Source: Bacteroidota bacterium | GTDB lineage: Bacteria > Bacteroidota > Ignavibacteria > SZUA-365 | Assembly (NCBI GenBank): GCA_035914695.1 | Contig: JAMIQH010000090.1 | Span: 1 to 61,427 of the forward strand | DNA length: 61,427 nt | Direction of reading: 5' to 3' | In this document: positions 1-9,915 of the stretch, piece after piece | Layout of the letters: every line of letters begins with the position of its first letter | How positions within the stretch are numbered: position 1 is the first letter of the stretch | Notes under the pieces: model-generated | The model's database searches: none | Seen by the model: the letters and a program-made list of their open reading frames with translations, nothing else | Told to the model about the DNA's origin: nothing | Program-made: the position numbers and the translations under genes

Positions 1-1
1 A

Positions 2-3000
2 GTACTTCCACTCCGCGTGTCCGGCGGAGCGGTAGCGCACGCGCACGCGTTGCGGCTCGTCGGCATCGCCGGGGAGGGCGTGCAGCAGCCAGTCGAGTCG
101 CGCGGTTGCATTGCTGTTCACGCGCGCGAGGTTGCGCAGCGCCGGCTCGCCCGCCGCCAGTTCCAGGCGCGGCGCGGCGGCGAGATCCACCTCCGCCTCC
201 ACCGCCGTCTCCTCTTCGTCCAGCGGATTGCGCAGCACCACGCCCAACGGCACGGGATCCGGCACGTAGGCCAGGGCCGCGCGATCGAAGCGCACACTGT
301 CCGGCAACTCCAGCGCGCAACGCAACCCCTCCACACCCGGCAGGCGGAGCGTGTGTTCGCAGACCACCAGCATACTGTCCTCCGCATTGTAGGCCGTGAC
401 CGCGAGACGCGGCGAGCGCTCCGCGCGCAACGCCAGCGGACGCAGCCTCCATTGCCGCGTGATGTCACCGCCCGGCGCCAGCGTGCCACCCGGCTGCGCG
501 AGCGCATCCAGAGGCAGCAGACCCGCGTCCGGTGGCAGCGCCAGTTCCACCCGCGCCACCTCCAGCGGGATCGTGCCCGTGTTCCGCAGCGTATACGTGG
601 ATTGCACCTCCATGCCCGCCTCGATCTCCCCGGCGCTCAACGAGTCCGGAGCAACGAGCGCGCAGTCGGCGCCGCCCAACTGTGGCACGATGCGCACTGG
701 CAGTGCGCAGTCCGACACCCAGCGGCCATTGCCCGCCCGCAGCAGCACGCGCAACGTGTCCTCCACAGGGCCCGTCGGTTGCTTCGCCAGCACCAGGCGC
801 CAGCTGCGTTCCTGCGACTCGCCCACACCCAGACGCAGCGGGCCTTCCGACGGAGAACCCTCCACCAGACGCAGATGCGGCGCCGCATCACGCAGCAGTT
901 CCACCCGCACATCCAGCAGCACCGAGTCGAGCACCTGATGGAAGCTAACGCGCGCGGACACCGTGTCCGGCGTCGCCACTCCGGTCCCGGGATCGATGCG
1001 GATCAGCGCGTCGCCCTCCAGCGTGCAGCGCAACGGATCCAGTGCCGGCACATGCACCGTGCGCGCGCACCACGAGAGCGCGTTGCCCAGCGCGTCCTCG
1101 GCCGTACATAGCACGCGCACGTCCCGCTCCTCGCCGCGACGCAGCGCCCGCGCCTGCCAATGCACCGTATGGCTGCCGCCCGGTGGTATCACCGTGCCGG
1201 CTTGCCAGCGCCCGCCCGCCGGCACCGGCGAGACCGCCATGCCGCCGGCGGGATACAGGCCGAAGCGCGCGATGGAGGCCGGCGCCGTGCCCGTGTTGCG
1301 CACCGTGAGCGACACCGGGAAGGGCGAGGGCTGATAGTCCTCCGCCGCCGTGGCGAGCGTGTCGGGTGTGACAAGATCGCAGGGATACGCCGCTTCTGCG
1401 TGCGGCGTGCGGATGAAGCGCAACCAATGCTCGCAATGCGCCACCGAGGGCGTGCCACGCAGACGCTCCGCGTCGTGATAGTAGGTGACAACGTCCACCC
1501 AGTCGCCCTCGCGGCTGAACACACTCGTGTCGATGCGCACGCGCCACGCGAGCGTGTGCACGTCGCCCGGACGCAGGCGCAGTCCCGGCAGGGCCACGCG
1601 CGCGCGTTGTGTGTCGGGATCGAGCGCGAGACCCGGCGGCAGCGTGAGCACGCATTCGATGCCCGCCGCGTCGATCACGGGATCGATGTTCGCCAGCTCC
1701 ACACGCAGCTCCGCGAATTGCGGCTGCACCATGCCCTCGTCCATAGCCAGCCGCACCGTGTCCACCATGTCCAGCCCACAGGAGAGCAACTCGCAACCGG
1801 GGACGCGGGTGCGCAGCAGCATCACATCGTATGGCCCACCCGCGTAACGCGGCTGAAAGGCGCGCAATGCCGTCACACTGTCGCGGTGGGAAAGACCGAT
1901 ACCCGAAGGAAGAATCAAATGTCCATCGCGATAGGTGTTGAAGCTGGGTCGAAAGTAGGTCAACAAAAGCATTCTTTTATAGGTCCCATAGCCGACATAA
2001 TCCTGCTTCGGGTATTTCTCGTCGGGATGCCAATAGCCACTGTAGCGGAGCGATTGACCATCGGGAGAAAGTACCATGAAATAGGAGGAGAAGAATCGGC
2101 TACATACCGTATCCTGCGCATTGACAAAGGGGATACCTGAGGAAGTCGTGAGGCCAAGTATCAGAATTTCTCCACATTCGAGCGGGTGAACAGAGAGAAC
2201 AAGTTCGGGGGCGACATTTATACTTCGATCATTATCGATGGGCAACGTTGTAAGGAACACCGGTTCACCTCCTTCTGGCGGAAACTTACCGACGAATCCA
2301 AGGTTCCTGCCATCGACAAACGCCCTATGGGTGTGAAACGTTTGATCTGCTGTGTCCGCCCATCCGCCAATGAGGATATTATTATCCCGGTCTACGTTGA
2401 GGTTGTTCACATACACCCTGTTACCCAACCATGTACTGAACACGTAGCGGCTCATGGATGAGTCAATTTTAAGCAACAATGTGGGAGAGAATCCACCCGG
2501 ATAGCTTTGCCAATTATTGACCATCGGGATGATTGTCGTGCTGTCCACCATGCTGGCACTCAAAACGATGTTATCCTCCGCGTCCAGTCGAAAGTTGATG
2601 TAACCGTTAGAATACAATCCCAAGTGTCTGCCTTGGAGGAGATACGTCGCACGGCTGACGCGGGAATAATCCGCAGGGATGCGGGCAAGCACTGCGGAGA
2701 AATAGTGATCCGGGGGAGTGCCCGGGAGGTCCCAGATCCACTTCCTGTGCTCGTGCGGAGTGTCATGAATCGTTCCGGGTGTTATGAACCATTGTTCTTC
2801 CGTGGAGGCCCCGAGAAAGATCACATCATTCCGCGAATCAGTCGCAATGCCCAAACCGAGCAAGGGTGAAGGACCTCCAAGCCAGGTGGACGCGATCATG
2901 CGACCGATTGAATCCAGACAGCTCAGCGCGCACAGATACTTCGTCCCCGGTTCAGGTACGGGGAGTGTTGATTGTAGTACATTTGCTGTAACAGGATAAT

Positions 3001-4033
3001 CGGTTGATTGTGTGTTGATCAATACATGCGCCACTCCTTCCGTGCCCACAGCGAGCATTGTCGGCGTCTCATTATCGTTGAAACTTTCACCCGGGATCAG
3101 TGTGAATTCATCTCCGCTCCCCCCGAGATAACTCGCGTGCAGCAAGGTGCGCGCATCGGGCGAGAAGCGCGCCACGTAGCAATCGTTGTTGTAGTATCCG
3201 CCCCCGTTGTGTGTGGCCTGAAAGGCGTTGCGTACAGGCAGGTCCGTTGATGTGGTCAAGAGGTACAGCAGCATGTTGTTGTTCCCGTCCAGGGCGAAGC
3301 CGCGGAACCAGTCCTCCCCGCTGCCACCGAAGTACGTGGTGAATTCCGTCTCCACCACCTTGCGCTTCTCGAAGAAATTCCGATACGGCCTCGGGCGCGC
3401 CGTGTCACCCCGCACTTCCCAATCATCTCCCGCCGCGAGCGTGCGTGCGACCTCTCCCCCCACGGAGAAGGCAACGCTCGCCAGGTCCGCGCCCTCGGCG
3501 AGCAGCACCCGTTGGAGCAGCTTCCCGTCGCGTTCGACGAACTCCACGTCCACGCCATCCCACACGTTGCGATAGCGTACGCCGGTGTAATTCGGCACGT
3601 CCTCGCGCCATGTGCCGGCATCGCTGCCCTTGTAGAAGTGCAGGCGCGTCTCACGCCGCTCCACGCCCTCCACCGTCATCGCGGGCGAGGGATGGACGAA
3701 ACCCAGTCGCGCCACCGTCTGTCGCCTCCCGGGCTTCACGCGTGTGTTGAGCCCGGACGACTCACCCTGCGGCAGCGCGGTGGTGTACTCCTCCGGCCGG
3801 AAAAAATACACTCCCTCCCCGGTGAACGCCACCTTGTCCTCGCCACGAATCACCCCGAAACGCACACCCTCTTCCCATTGCCCCGAATTCTCCGCGAACA
3901 GCAACGGGAAGCGCAAACGCGCAACGGCGCTGGAATCGGGAGCGGTGGCGCGGGCGTGGCACAGAGGAAGCACTCCAAGCAGAAGAAGGCAGAGCAGTGT
4001 CCACCCACCCCGCTTCACGCTCCACGGGCGCAT
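2..4033 (-). CDS. Giant secreted SBBP-type beta-propeller-repeat protein with C-terminal Cys-bracketed ~120-aa Ig-like modules. Partial: the 3' end lies beyond the left window edge.
   Basis: Absent from the ORF track because this frame never reaches a stop inside the window. Reading the minus strand from ATG 4033-4031 gives MRPWSVKRGGWTLLCLLLLGVLPLCHARA (signal peptide), then FPLLFAENSGQWEEGVRF. SBBP-like motifs follow (TTSTDLPVRNAFQATHNGG, TQSTDYPVTANVLQS, TTSSGIPFVNAQDT). Next come modules starting LRCTLEGDALIRIDP, ADCALVAPDSL and LRCALELPDSVRF, ending ...RVRYRSAGHAEWKY at nt 2. I translated 3060-4033 in full and spot-checked nt 1-60, 2100-2220 and 2940-3060; no in-frame stop was seen. No tracked minus ORF between 1 and 4145 uses this frame. 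Confidence 0.8.
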   Translation of the reverse strand, partial: MRPWSVKRGGWTLLCLLLLGVLPLCHARATAPDSSAVARLRFPLLFAENSGQWEEGVRFGVIRGEDKVAFTGEGVYFFRPEEYTTALPQGESSGLNTRVKPGRRQTVARLGFVHPSPAMTVEGVERRETRLHFYKGSDAGTWREDVPNYTGVRYRNVWDGVDVEFVERDGKLLQRVLLAEGADLASVAFSVGGEVARTLAAGDDWEVRGDTARPRPYRNFFEKRKVVETEFTTYFGGSGEDWFRGFALDGNNNMLLYLLTTSTDLPVRNAFQATHNGGGYYNNDCYVARFSPDARTLLHASYLGGSGDEFTLIPGESFNDNETPTMLAVGTEGVAHVLINTQSTDYPVTANVLQSTLPVPEPGTKYLCALSCLDSIGRMIASTWLGGPSPLLGLGIATDSRNDVIFLGASTEEQWFITPGTIHDTPHEHRKWIWDLPGTPPDHYFSAVLARIPADYSRVSRATYLLQGRHLGLYSNGYINFRLDAEDNIVLSASMVDSTTIIPMVNNWQSYPGGFSPTLLLKIDSSMSRYVFSTWLGNRVYVNNLNVDRDNNILIGGWADTADQTFHTHRAFVDGRNLGFVGKFPPEGGEPVFLTTLPIDNDRSINVAPELVLSVHPLECGEILILGLTTSSGIPFVNAQDTVCSRFFSSYFMVLSPDGQSLRYSGYWHPDEKYPKQDYVGYGTYKRMLLLTYFRPSFNTYRDGHLILPSGIGLSHRDSVTALRAFQPRYAGGPYDVMLLRTRVPGCELLSCGLDMVDTVRLAMDEGMVQPQFAELRVELANIDPVIDAAGIECVLTLPPGLALDPDTQRARVALPGLRLRPGDVHTLAWRVRIDTSVFSREGDWVDVVTYYHDAERLRGTPSVAHCEHWLRFIRTPHAEAAYPCDLVTPDTLATAAEDYQPSPFPVSLTVRNTGTAPASIARFGLYPAGGMAVSPVPAGGRWQAGTVIPPGGSHTVHWQARALRRGEERDVRVLCTAEDALGNALSWCARTVHVPALDPLRCTLEGDALIRIDPGTGVATPDTVSARVSFHQVLDSVLLDVRVELLRDAAPHLRLVEGSPSEGPLRLGVGESQERSWRLVLAKQPTGPVEDTLRVLLRAGNGRWVSDCALPVRIVPQLGGADCALVAPDSLSAGEIEAGMEVQSTYTLRNTGTIPLEVARVELALPPDAGLLPLDALAQPGGTLAPGGDITRQWRLRPLALRAERSPRLAVTAYNAEDSMLVVCEHTLRLPGVEGLRCALELPDSVRFDRAALAYVPDPVPLGVVLRNPLDEEETAVEAEVDLAAAPRLELAAGEPALRNLARVNSNATARLDWLLHALPGDADEPQRVRVRYRSAGHAEWKY

Positions 4034-4290
4034 GAATGAAAAGGCGACAGCGCGGCGCGGGGGGCGGGCGTTGTGCGCATTGACGGCGAATCCGGTCGAT
4101 GACAGCATCGCGACTCCATCGGTACAGGCAACGCATCGATGCCACTACGAGCGCAGCGTTCCTCCCGGATCGTTGCCGCGCGGCATCGTTTTCAACATTT
4201 AATACCGGATTGTACGGGAAAGAGGGGAGAATGTCAAGTGCTGTCCGCCCGGGAGGTGAGTCTCCTGGACTTGCCGAGTGCGTGATACAT

Positions 4291-4530
4291 TCGCGGAGAG
4301 CGCAGAGGGCGCCGAGAGCGCGGAGGATGGGTTGAGGGTGCTACCAACTCGAATCGTGCCGCGCCGCCCCAATCAAGTCAACGCAAGGGCGCGGAGACGC
4401 AAAGCCGCAAACCCTCCGAGCCCTCGGTGTTCGCGAAGCGCTCTGTGTGCTCTGTGTTCCCGCGAAGCGCTCTGTGTACTCTGTGTTCCCGCGAAGCGCT
4501 CCGGGTTCTCTGGGTCAGCGAAGCCCCTCC
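4291..4530. repeat. Composite palindromic intergenic repeat, copy 1 (REP/MITE-like, no coding capacity)
   Basis: The left arm cgcggagagcgcagagggcgccgagagcgcggagg is roughly the reverse complement of the right-arm units. The conserved core aatcaagtcaacgcaagggcgcggagacgc lies at 4371-4400. The right arm holds three abutting ~29-bp units gaagcgctctgtgt(g/a)ctctgtgttcccgc at 4433-4520. Related copies lie at 27990-28221 and 30215-30475. Confidence 0.8.
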
Positions 4531-4571
4531 CTACCCTCATCTCCTCAATACTCATTCTTCAATGGCTTACG

Positions 4572-7490
4572 TTACCGACCCCCCAATTCCTTGCGGAGAT
4601 AGTGGCCGGTGTGGCTGGCGGCGACGGTGACGAGATGTTCGGGGGGGCCTTCGGCGACGATGTAGCCGCCGAGTTCGCCGCCTTCGGGTCCGAGATCGAT
4701 GAGCCAGTCGGCCGCCTTGATCACGTCGAGATTGTGCTCGATCACCACCACGGTGTTGCCCTTGTCCACCAACTGACCGAGCACGGCGAGCAACATGCGC
4801 ACGTCCTCGAAATGCAGGCCGGTGGTGGGTTCGTCGAGTATGTACATGGTGTTGCCCGTACCGATTTTGGACAGCTCGGTGGAGAGTTTCACCCGCTGCG
4901 CCTCGCCGCCTGACAAGGTGGTGGCCTGTTGTCCGAGGCGGATGTAGCCGAGCCCCACATCGTAAAGTGTGCGCAATTTGCGATGGACGCGGGGGATGTC
5001 GACGAAAAAGTCCAGCGCCTCGGCCACGGACATTTGCAACACGTCGGCGATGGACTTGCCGTGAAACCGCACTTCCAGCGTCTCACGATTGTAGCGCTTG
5101 CCCTTGCATACCTCGCATTCCACGTACACATCGGGCAGGAAATTCATCTCGATCTTACGCACGCCATCGCCCGAGCAGGCATCGCAGCGCCCGCCTTCCA
5201 CATTGAAGCTGAAACGTCCCGCCTGATAGCCGCGAATTTTGGCCTCGGGTAAACTGGTGAACAGATCGCGGATGAAGGTGAACAAGCCCGTGTAGGTGGC
5301 GGGATTGGAGCGCGGCGTACGACCGATGGGCGTTTGATCGATGTCGATCACCTTGTCGATATGCTCGAGTCCCTCGATGCGCTCGAATGGCAGCGTGGCG
5401 ACATTGGATTTGTAGAAATGCCGCGCAAGCACGGGATACAGGGTTTCGTTCACCAAACTGGATTTGCCCGAACCACTCACGCCGGTGACGCAGATGAAGC
5501 TGCCGAGCGGCAGTCGCAAATCCACATTTTTGAGATTGTGTCCCCGCGCACCGTGCAGACTCAGCCATTGCCCATTGCCCTCGCGCCGCCGCTCCGGCAC
5601 TGCAATGCTTTGCGCTCCGCGCAAGTACGCCGACGTCAACGAGCCCTTGCCGGAAAGATGCTTCAGCATTTCACTTTCGGTGGCGGAATTGCCCTTGCGC
5701 ACACCGTTGCCCTTGAGGTTGCTTTTACCGTTGCTTTTACCATTGACGCGCAGCAACTCGGCCACGGTACCCTGCGCCACCACCTCGCCGCCGAATTCCC
5801 CCGCCGCGGGTCCGAGATCGATCACATGGTCCGCGCTTTCGATCATCTCGCGGTCGTGTTCGACCACGATCACCGAATTGCCCAGATCGCGCAACTGCTT
5901 GAGCGATTCGATGAGTCGTGTGTTGTCGCGCTGATGCAAGCCGATCGAGGGTTCGTCGAGAATGTAGAGCACGCCCACGAGTTGTGTGCCGATTTGCGTG
6001 GCCAGGCGGATGCGCTGCGCCTCGCCGCCGCTGAGCGAGCGCGCGTTGCGCGACAGCGTGAGATAGTCCAGTCCCACATTGACCAGGAATTCCAGGCGCG
6101 AAGAGATCTCCTTGATGATTTGCGCACCGATTTCGCGCTGCCTCGGTGTGAGCCGCAACGCGTTGAATGTGCGAAGCGCCTGCTGAACGGACATGGCGCT
6201 GAGCTGATGGATGGAATACCCGTCGATGAGCACGGCCAGACTTTCCTTGCGCAGGCGGCCACCGCCGCAATCGGGGCATTCGCATGACGACATGAACGAC
6301 TCGGCCCATTCGCGTATGCCGTTGGAGGTGGTGTTCTCGTAGTGCTGCTTCAGACTGGCCAGCACTCCGGCGATGCTGTGATTGTACGTGCTGCTGCGAC
6401 CGTCGGGATGCGTGTAATTGATGCGGTACTTCTCCTTGCCGCTGCCGTGCAGCAAGGTGTGCATGGCCTCTTCGGATATATCGGACAAGGGAGTATCGAA
6501 ATCGAAGCCATAGCGATCGGCCACCGCATGGATTTGCGCCCACCACCAGGTGTTGCGCGGTTTGCCGAGCGGGACCAGCCCTTCCTGATTCAGCGATTTG
6601 ACGGGATCGGGGATGATGAGGTCCAGATCGAAGCTGCGATGCTCGCCCAATCCGTCGCAGGTGGAGCAGGCACCATAGGGCGAATTGAAGGAAAAGGAAT
6701 TCGGCGCGGGCTCTTCGTAACTGCTGCCGCAAAGGGGACAGGAGTTTTTCTGACTCATCAGCACGTCGCTGCCGTTCACGTCGGCAATCACCACACCGTC
6801 GCCGAAGCGCAAGGCGATTTCCAGAGAATCGGCAATGCGCGTTCGAGCATCGGGATTGACCACCAGGCGATCCACAACGATTTCGATGTCGTGGATCTTG
6901 TAGCGGTCCACTTTCATGTTCTCCTCGATCTCGCGCAGTTCGCCATCGATGCGCACGCGCGTGAAGCCGTCGCGCGCGATTTGCTCGAAGAGTTCGCGGT
7001 AATGCCCTTTGCGTCCCCGCACCACCGGTGCGAGAATAATCAGCCGCGTGCCTTTGTCGTATTCCAGCAGTCGATCCACCATTTGATCCAGACTTTGCCG
7101 CTGCACGGGCGAGCCGTCCTTGTGGCAATGCTGTATACCGGCGCGCGCAAAGAGCAGGCGCAGGTAGTCGTGGATTTCCGTGACCGTGCCCACGGTGGAG
7201 CGGGGATTGCGGCTGACGGTTTTTTGCTCGATGGAAATGGCTGGCGACAGGCCGTCGATATGGTCCACGTCGGGCCGCTCCATGCCGCCGAGAAATTGTC
7301 GCGCGTATGCCGAGAGGCATTCCACATAGCGCCGCTGACCCTCGGCGTACAGCGTATCGAAGGCGAGACTGGATTTGCCCGAACCCGAAAGTCCGGTGAT
7401 AACGACCAGGCGGTTGCGCGGAATGTCGAGGTCGATGTTTTTCAGATTGTGTTCGCGCGCGCCGCGGACGATGATGTATTCCTGCTTCAT
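4572..7490 (-). CDS. uvrA: Excinuclease ABC subunit A
   Basis: 972-aa ORF starting [57 protein letters not shown]. It has two ABC modules (GLSGSGKS and GVSGSGKS, with LSGGEAQR twice). Zn-finger cysteines are present ([31 protein letters not shown]). Confidence 0.98.
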   Translation of the reverse strand: MKQEYIIVRGAREHNLKNIDLDIPRNRLVVITGLSGSGKSSLAFDTLYAEGQRRYVECLSAYARQFLGGMERPDVDHIDGLSPAISIEQKTVSRNPRSTVGTVTEIHDYLRLLFARAGIQHCHKDGSPVQRQSLDQMVDRLLEYDKGTRLIILAPVVRGRKGHYRELFEQIARDGFTRVRIDGELREIEENMKVDRYKIHDIEIVVDRLVVNPDARTRIADSLEIALRFGDGVVIADVNGSDVLMSQKNSCPLCGSSYEEPAPNSFSFNSPYGACSTCDGLGEHRSFDLDLIIPDPVKSLNQEGLVPLGKPRNTWWWAQIHAVADRYGFDFDTPLSDISEEAMHTLLHGSGKEKYRINYTHPDGRSSTYNHSIAGVLASLKQHYENTTSNGIREWAESFMSSCECPDCGGGRLRKESLAVLIDGYSIHQLSAMSVQQALRTFNALRLTPRQREIGAQIIKEISSRLEFLVNVGLDYLTLSRNARSLSGGEAQRIRLATQIGTQLVGVLYILDEPSIGLHQRDNTRLIESLKQLRDLGNSVIVVEHDREMIESADHVIDLGPAAGEFGGEVVAQGTVAELLRVNGKSNGKSNLKGNGVRKGNSATESEMLKHLSGKGSLTSAYLRGAQSIAVPERRREGNGQWLSLHGARGHNLKNVDLRLPLGSFICVTGVSGSGKSSLVNETLYPVLARHFYKSNVATLPFERIEGLEHIDKVIDIDQTPIGRTPRSNPATYTGLFTFIRDLFTSLPEAKIRGYQAGRFSFNVEGGRCDACSGDGVRKIEMNFLPDVYVECEVCKGKRYNRETLEVRFHGKSIADVLQMSVAEALDFFVDIPRVHRKLRTLYDVGLGYIRLGQQATTLSGGEAQRVKLSTELSKIGTGNTMYILDEPTTGLHFEDVRMLLAVLGQLVDKGNTVVVIEHNLDVIKAADWLIDLGPEGGELGGYIVAEGPPEHLVTVAASHTGHYLRKELGGR

Positions 7491-7688
7491 GAATTCCGTC
7501 CGATGAACTCCAAACTTCTAAAATCGTCAATACTCGCGATGATGCACAAGGGAAAAGCGCGGCATCGCTCGAGCGCCTTCGGGATGGGGGAATTATTCAC
7601 CTGCTCGCGTGTCAACCGCGCGACCGGACGGATGCACCGGAGCTGCGACACGCTCCGGATTTATCCACATCTCCCAGGAGGACTATCC

Positions 7689-8648
7689 ATGAAGCACGGC
7701 ACGATCCTGCTCGCTTTGCTCCTGCTGCCATCGTTGCTGTACGCGCAGTTCAGTGATGAATTCGATTCCCCCACATTGAACGTGGGGTGGACCATTCAGC
7801 GCGAGGATACGAACGCGTGGCACTTCGGCAATGGCAATTTCACCATACGCACGCAACCTGGGGCGCTCAACGGCATTGCGTTCAACAATGTGCGCAACAT
7901 GCTGCTTCAGCCGGTGGTCGACACCGACCCGATCATCTACGAGACATCACTCACTTTTTATCCCTGGTACACGCTGCGCAACGCGGGTATACTGTACCGA
8001 TTCGACGACGACAACTACATCCGCGTTTCGCGCGGCATCAACGAGGGACACGATGATGTGTGGCTGGAGTGGGAGCTGAACGGTCAGACAAATTTCGTGT
8101 ACGCGAATGCACCGGTGTTGGCGGAGGGCTTGCCGTATTACCTTCGTCTCGAAGTGCCGGGCGGTAACCGTTATCGGGCGTACTGGAGTATCGACGGAAC
8201 GAATTGGACACTCATTTCCGATGAGAGTATCGCTTTTCCGACGAGTGCGCATACGGTTGGGATACAGGCGGCGAATGGTGACGGCTTGCTCGCCATGCGT
8301 TACCCGGCATCGGCGGTGTTTCACTATTTCCGCGTGCTGGATCCGACACCTGTCATCGCGACGCGATCCGTTCCGCGCGAGCTTCGCGTGGGCGAACCTT
8401 GGCCATCGCCGATGGCACGCGGGGGAACGGTACATGTGACGGTGGAGAGTAGCGGCGCGGACAACATTCGCACGTGGATCACCGATCTTCTCGGCAATCG
8501 TCGCGGTGCCGAGCGCCTTCATGGCGTTGCTGCCGCGGGCTTGCGCACCGTGTCGCATTCCGTGGGGATGCTGCCGCGCGGCGTGTATTTCCTGCATGTG
8601 GAAAGTGGCGCCACGCACATGCTGCGGCGCATCGTGGTTGATCATTGA
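7689..8648 (+). CDS. Secreted concanavalin/LamG-like (DUF1349-like) jelly-roll protein with T9SS C-terminal tail
   Basis: The real start is ATG 7689, with AGGAGG at 7676-7681. The upstream part of track ORF 6342..8648 is antisense to uvrA. Signal peptide MKHGTILLALLLLPSLLYAQ. Then FSDEFDSPTLNVGWTIQRED...GNFTIRT...YLRLEVPGGNRYRAYWSIDGTNW. The tail is ...LPRGVYFLHVESGATHMLRRIVVDH. Confidence 0.85.
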   Translation: MKHGTILLALLLLPSLLYAQFSDEFDSPTLNVGWTIQREDTNAWHFGNGNFTIRTQPGALNGIAFNNVRNMLLQPVVDTDPIIYETSLTFYPWYTLRNAGILYRFDDDNYIRVSRGINEGHDDVWLEWELNGQTNFVYANAPVLAEGLPYYLRLEVPGGNRYRAYWSIDGTNWTLISDESIAFPTSAHTVGIQAANGDGLLAMRYPASAVFHYFRVLDPTPVIATRSVPRELRVGEPWPSPMARGGTVHVTVESSGADNIRTWITDLLGNRRGAERLHGVAAAGLRTVSHSVGMLPRGVYFLHVESGATHMLRRIVVDH

Positions 8649-8663
8649 CGCGGTGAGGGGGAA

Positions 8664-9224
8664 TCAGCGCAGGGAATCGCGTGGCGCTTCCTTGCGCTGT
8701 TCTTTCAAGCGGCGCAGCTCTTCCTCCAACGCCCGCTGCTCTTGCTCGAGCATGCGGCGCGCGCGGCGCAATTCCTCGGCTTCCTGGCGCAGGGCTTCTT
8801 CGGATTTCGGCGCGTCGTAGTCCTCGGTGTCTCTGCGGACGCGAAATTCCACCGGAATACTCACGCGCGACGCGACCGTTTTCCCCGCGCGTCGTGCGGG
8901 TTTGAAATCTCCTTGCAGCACCGCGTTCAGGGCGGCACTGTCCAGCGAGGCGTGGCCCGCGCTGGACGTCACTCGCGCGTAGGTGACGTAGCCCTTGTCG
9001 TCCACCCATGCCGCGATGATGCACACACCCTGGCGTCCCGCCTTGAAGTCGGCTTCGGGATAGCGCACGTCGAGCGCTTGCAGCAGCTTCGCGGCCACCT
9101 CGGTGGGTTGCTGCGTACCGTCGAAGCCCGCGGGTTTGTTGCCATACTCGAGCGCGGTCTGCGCTTGCGCACTGGCCAGGGAAAGTAGCAACAGAAAAGT
9201 CAGGCGCGCGGCGATGCGTAACAT
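8664..9224 (-). CDS. TonB C-terminal-domain protein with charged coiled-coil tail
   Basis: Signal peptide MLRIAARLTFLLLLSLASAQAQ. TonB-C signature VRYPEADFKAGRQGVCIIAAWVDDKGYVTYARVTSSAGHASLDSAALNAVLQGDFKPARRAGKTVASRVSIPVEF. It is followed by EEALRQEAEELRRARRMLEQEQRALEEELRRLKEQRKE. Confidence 0.8.
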   Translation of the reverse strand: MLRIAARLTFLLLLSLASAQAQTALEYGNKPAGFDGTQQPTEVAAKLLQALDVRYPEADFKAGRQGVCIIAAWVDDKGYVTYARVTSSAGHASLDSAALNAVLQGDFKPARRAGKTVASRVSIPVEFRVRRDTEDYDAPKSEEALRQEAEELRRARRMLEQEQRALEEELRRLKEQRKEAPRDSLR

Positions 9225-9319
9225 GGCGGTGGTTCAATCAACTGTGGCGAAAACGGGAGGCGCCGCGGCGCAGGACTGCGTTCCGCGGCGCGCATACTTC
9301 GGGGTTGCCGGCGCGAGGG

Positions 9320-9577
9320 TCAGAAGGACGGCGCGTTACGGGCGAGTTCCACCGATTGAATTTCCGGGAAGCGACGTTTGAGAATGGCTTCCACACCGCC
9401 TTTGAGTGTCATCTGCGCCGATGGGCAGGTGCCGCAGGCGCCGGCAAGCTCCACGAACACGACATTGTCGCGCATCTCGATAAAGGTGATGCGGCCCCCG
9501 TCGGCTTCGATGTACGGACGGATATGTTGGTTGATGACTTCTTCGATTTGCGTTTCCAGTGTTGCTTGCTCGGACAT
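9320..9577 (-). CDS. nfuA: NifU C-terminal-domain (Nfu-type) Fe-S cluster carrier
   Basis: MSEQATLETQIEEVINQHIRPYIEADGGRITFIEMRDNVVFVELAGACGTCPSAQMTLKGGVEAILKRRFPEIQSVE contains the CxxC motif. I use the internal ATG at 9577. The 44 upstream residues of track ORF 9320..9709 read through the repeat region and look non-coding. Confidence 0.85.
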   Translation of the reverse strand: MSEQATLETQIEEVINQHIRPYIEADGGRITFIEMRDNVVFVELAGACGTCPSAQMTLKGGVEAILKRRFPEIQSVELARNAPSF

Positions 9578-9670
9578 GGAGTTCTCCTTGAGTGGCCATT
9601 GGGCGTATCGCGGGTAAATTACGGAAAAGCGCGCGTCGGGACAATGCGTGGGGGCTAACGTAATGACGCT

Positions 9671-9745
9671 GAGGAATATCTCACGCGAAGACGCGGGGGA
9701 ATTCCTCACGCGAAGACGCGAAGTTGCGAAGGCGCGAAGAAATGG
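9671..9745. repeat. Partial or diverged copy of the intergenic repeat (left-arm type only)
   Basis: Two direct units ctcacgcgaagacgcg lie at 9680-9695 and 9705-9720, followed by aagttgcgaagg. This matches the left arm of the copy at 27990-28050 (ctcacgcgaagacga...ctcacgcgaagacgcgaggatgcgaagg). I did not find the conserved core or the right-arm units downstream. Confidence 0.6.
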
Positions 9746-9877
9746 TTAGGCGGGGACGAGGTCGAGGAGGGTCAATGGGGATCCTGCTCCGGGAAGGGTT
9801 CTTAACGCCCAGGTCTCGATCCGGAGTCCGCTTTTTCTTTACTCCTTGCTCCTGGCGCTGCCTCCCATTGCGACGGA

Positions 9878-9906
9878 TTGATTTTCCCCGCGATCCTTGG
9901 TACATT
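9878..9906 (+). promoter_or_regulatory. Sigma70-type promoter for the tRNA
   Basis: TTGATT (9878-9883), a 17-nt spacer, then TACATT (9901-9906). The -10 element ends 9 nt before the mature tRNA 5' end at 9916. Confidence 0.55.
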
Positions 9907-9915
9907 GAACTACTT

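Noticed and set aside
17-4202. Numerous tracked ORFs on both strands (for example 17..1111, 945..1796, 1160..2140, 3512..4039).
   Set aside because: They are extremely Arg/Ala/Pro/His-rich with no motifs. All overlap the untracked minus-frame gene 2-4033, which has a signal peptide and recognisable repeats. They are high-GC shadow ORFs.
4433-4520. Three abutting ~29-bp direct units (gaagcgctctgtgt.ctctgtgttcccgc), with similar runs at 28155-28221 and 30395-30470, looked briefly like a CRISPR array.
   Set aside because: The units are contiguous with no spacers. There are only 2-4 per locus and they are imperfect. They form the right arm of a larger palindromic element, and no cas genes are present.
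4278-4913. ORFs reading through the repeat copies (4278..4913, 4373..4555, 28043..28285, 30188..30544, 30305..30553, 9681..9905).
   Set aside because: Their sequences are translations of the repeat arms (AESAEGAESAED, REHRAHRALREHRG and the like). The frame differs between copies, so the element is conserved as nucleotide sequence, not as protein.
5737-7530. 597-aa minus ORF and 317-aa plus ORF overlapping uvrA.
   Set aside because: They are out of frame with or antisense to an unambiguous uvrA, and their composition is typical of GC-rich off-frames.
6342-7688. N-terminal 449 residues of tracked ORF 6342..8648.
   Set aside because: This stretch is antisense to uvrA. The real protein starts at ATG 7689, with AGGAGG upstream and a signal peptide.
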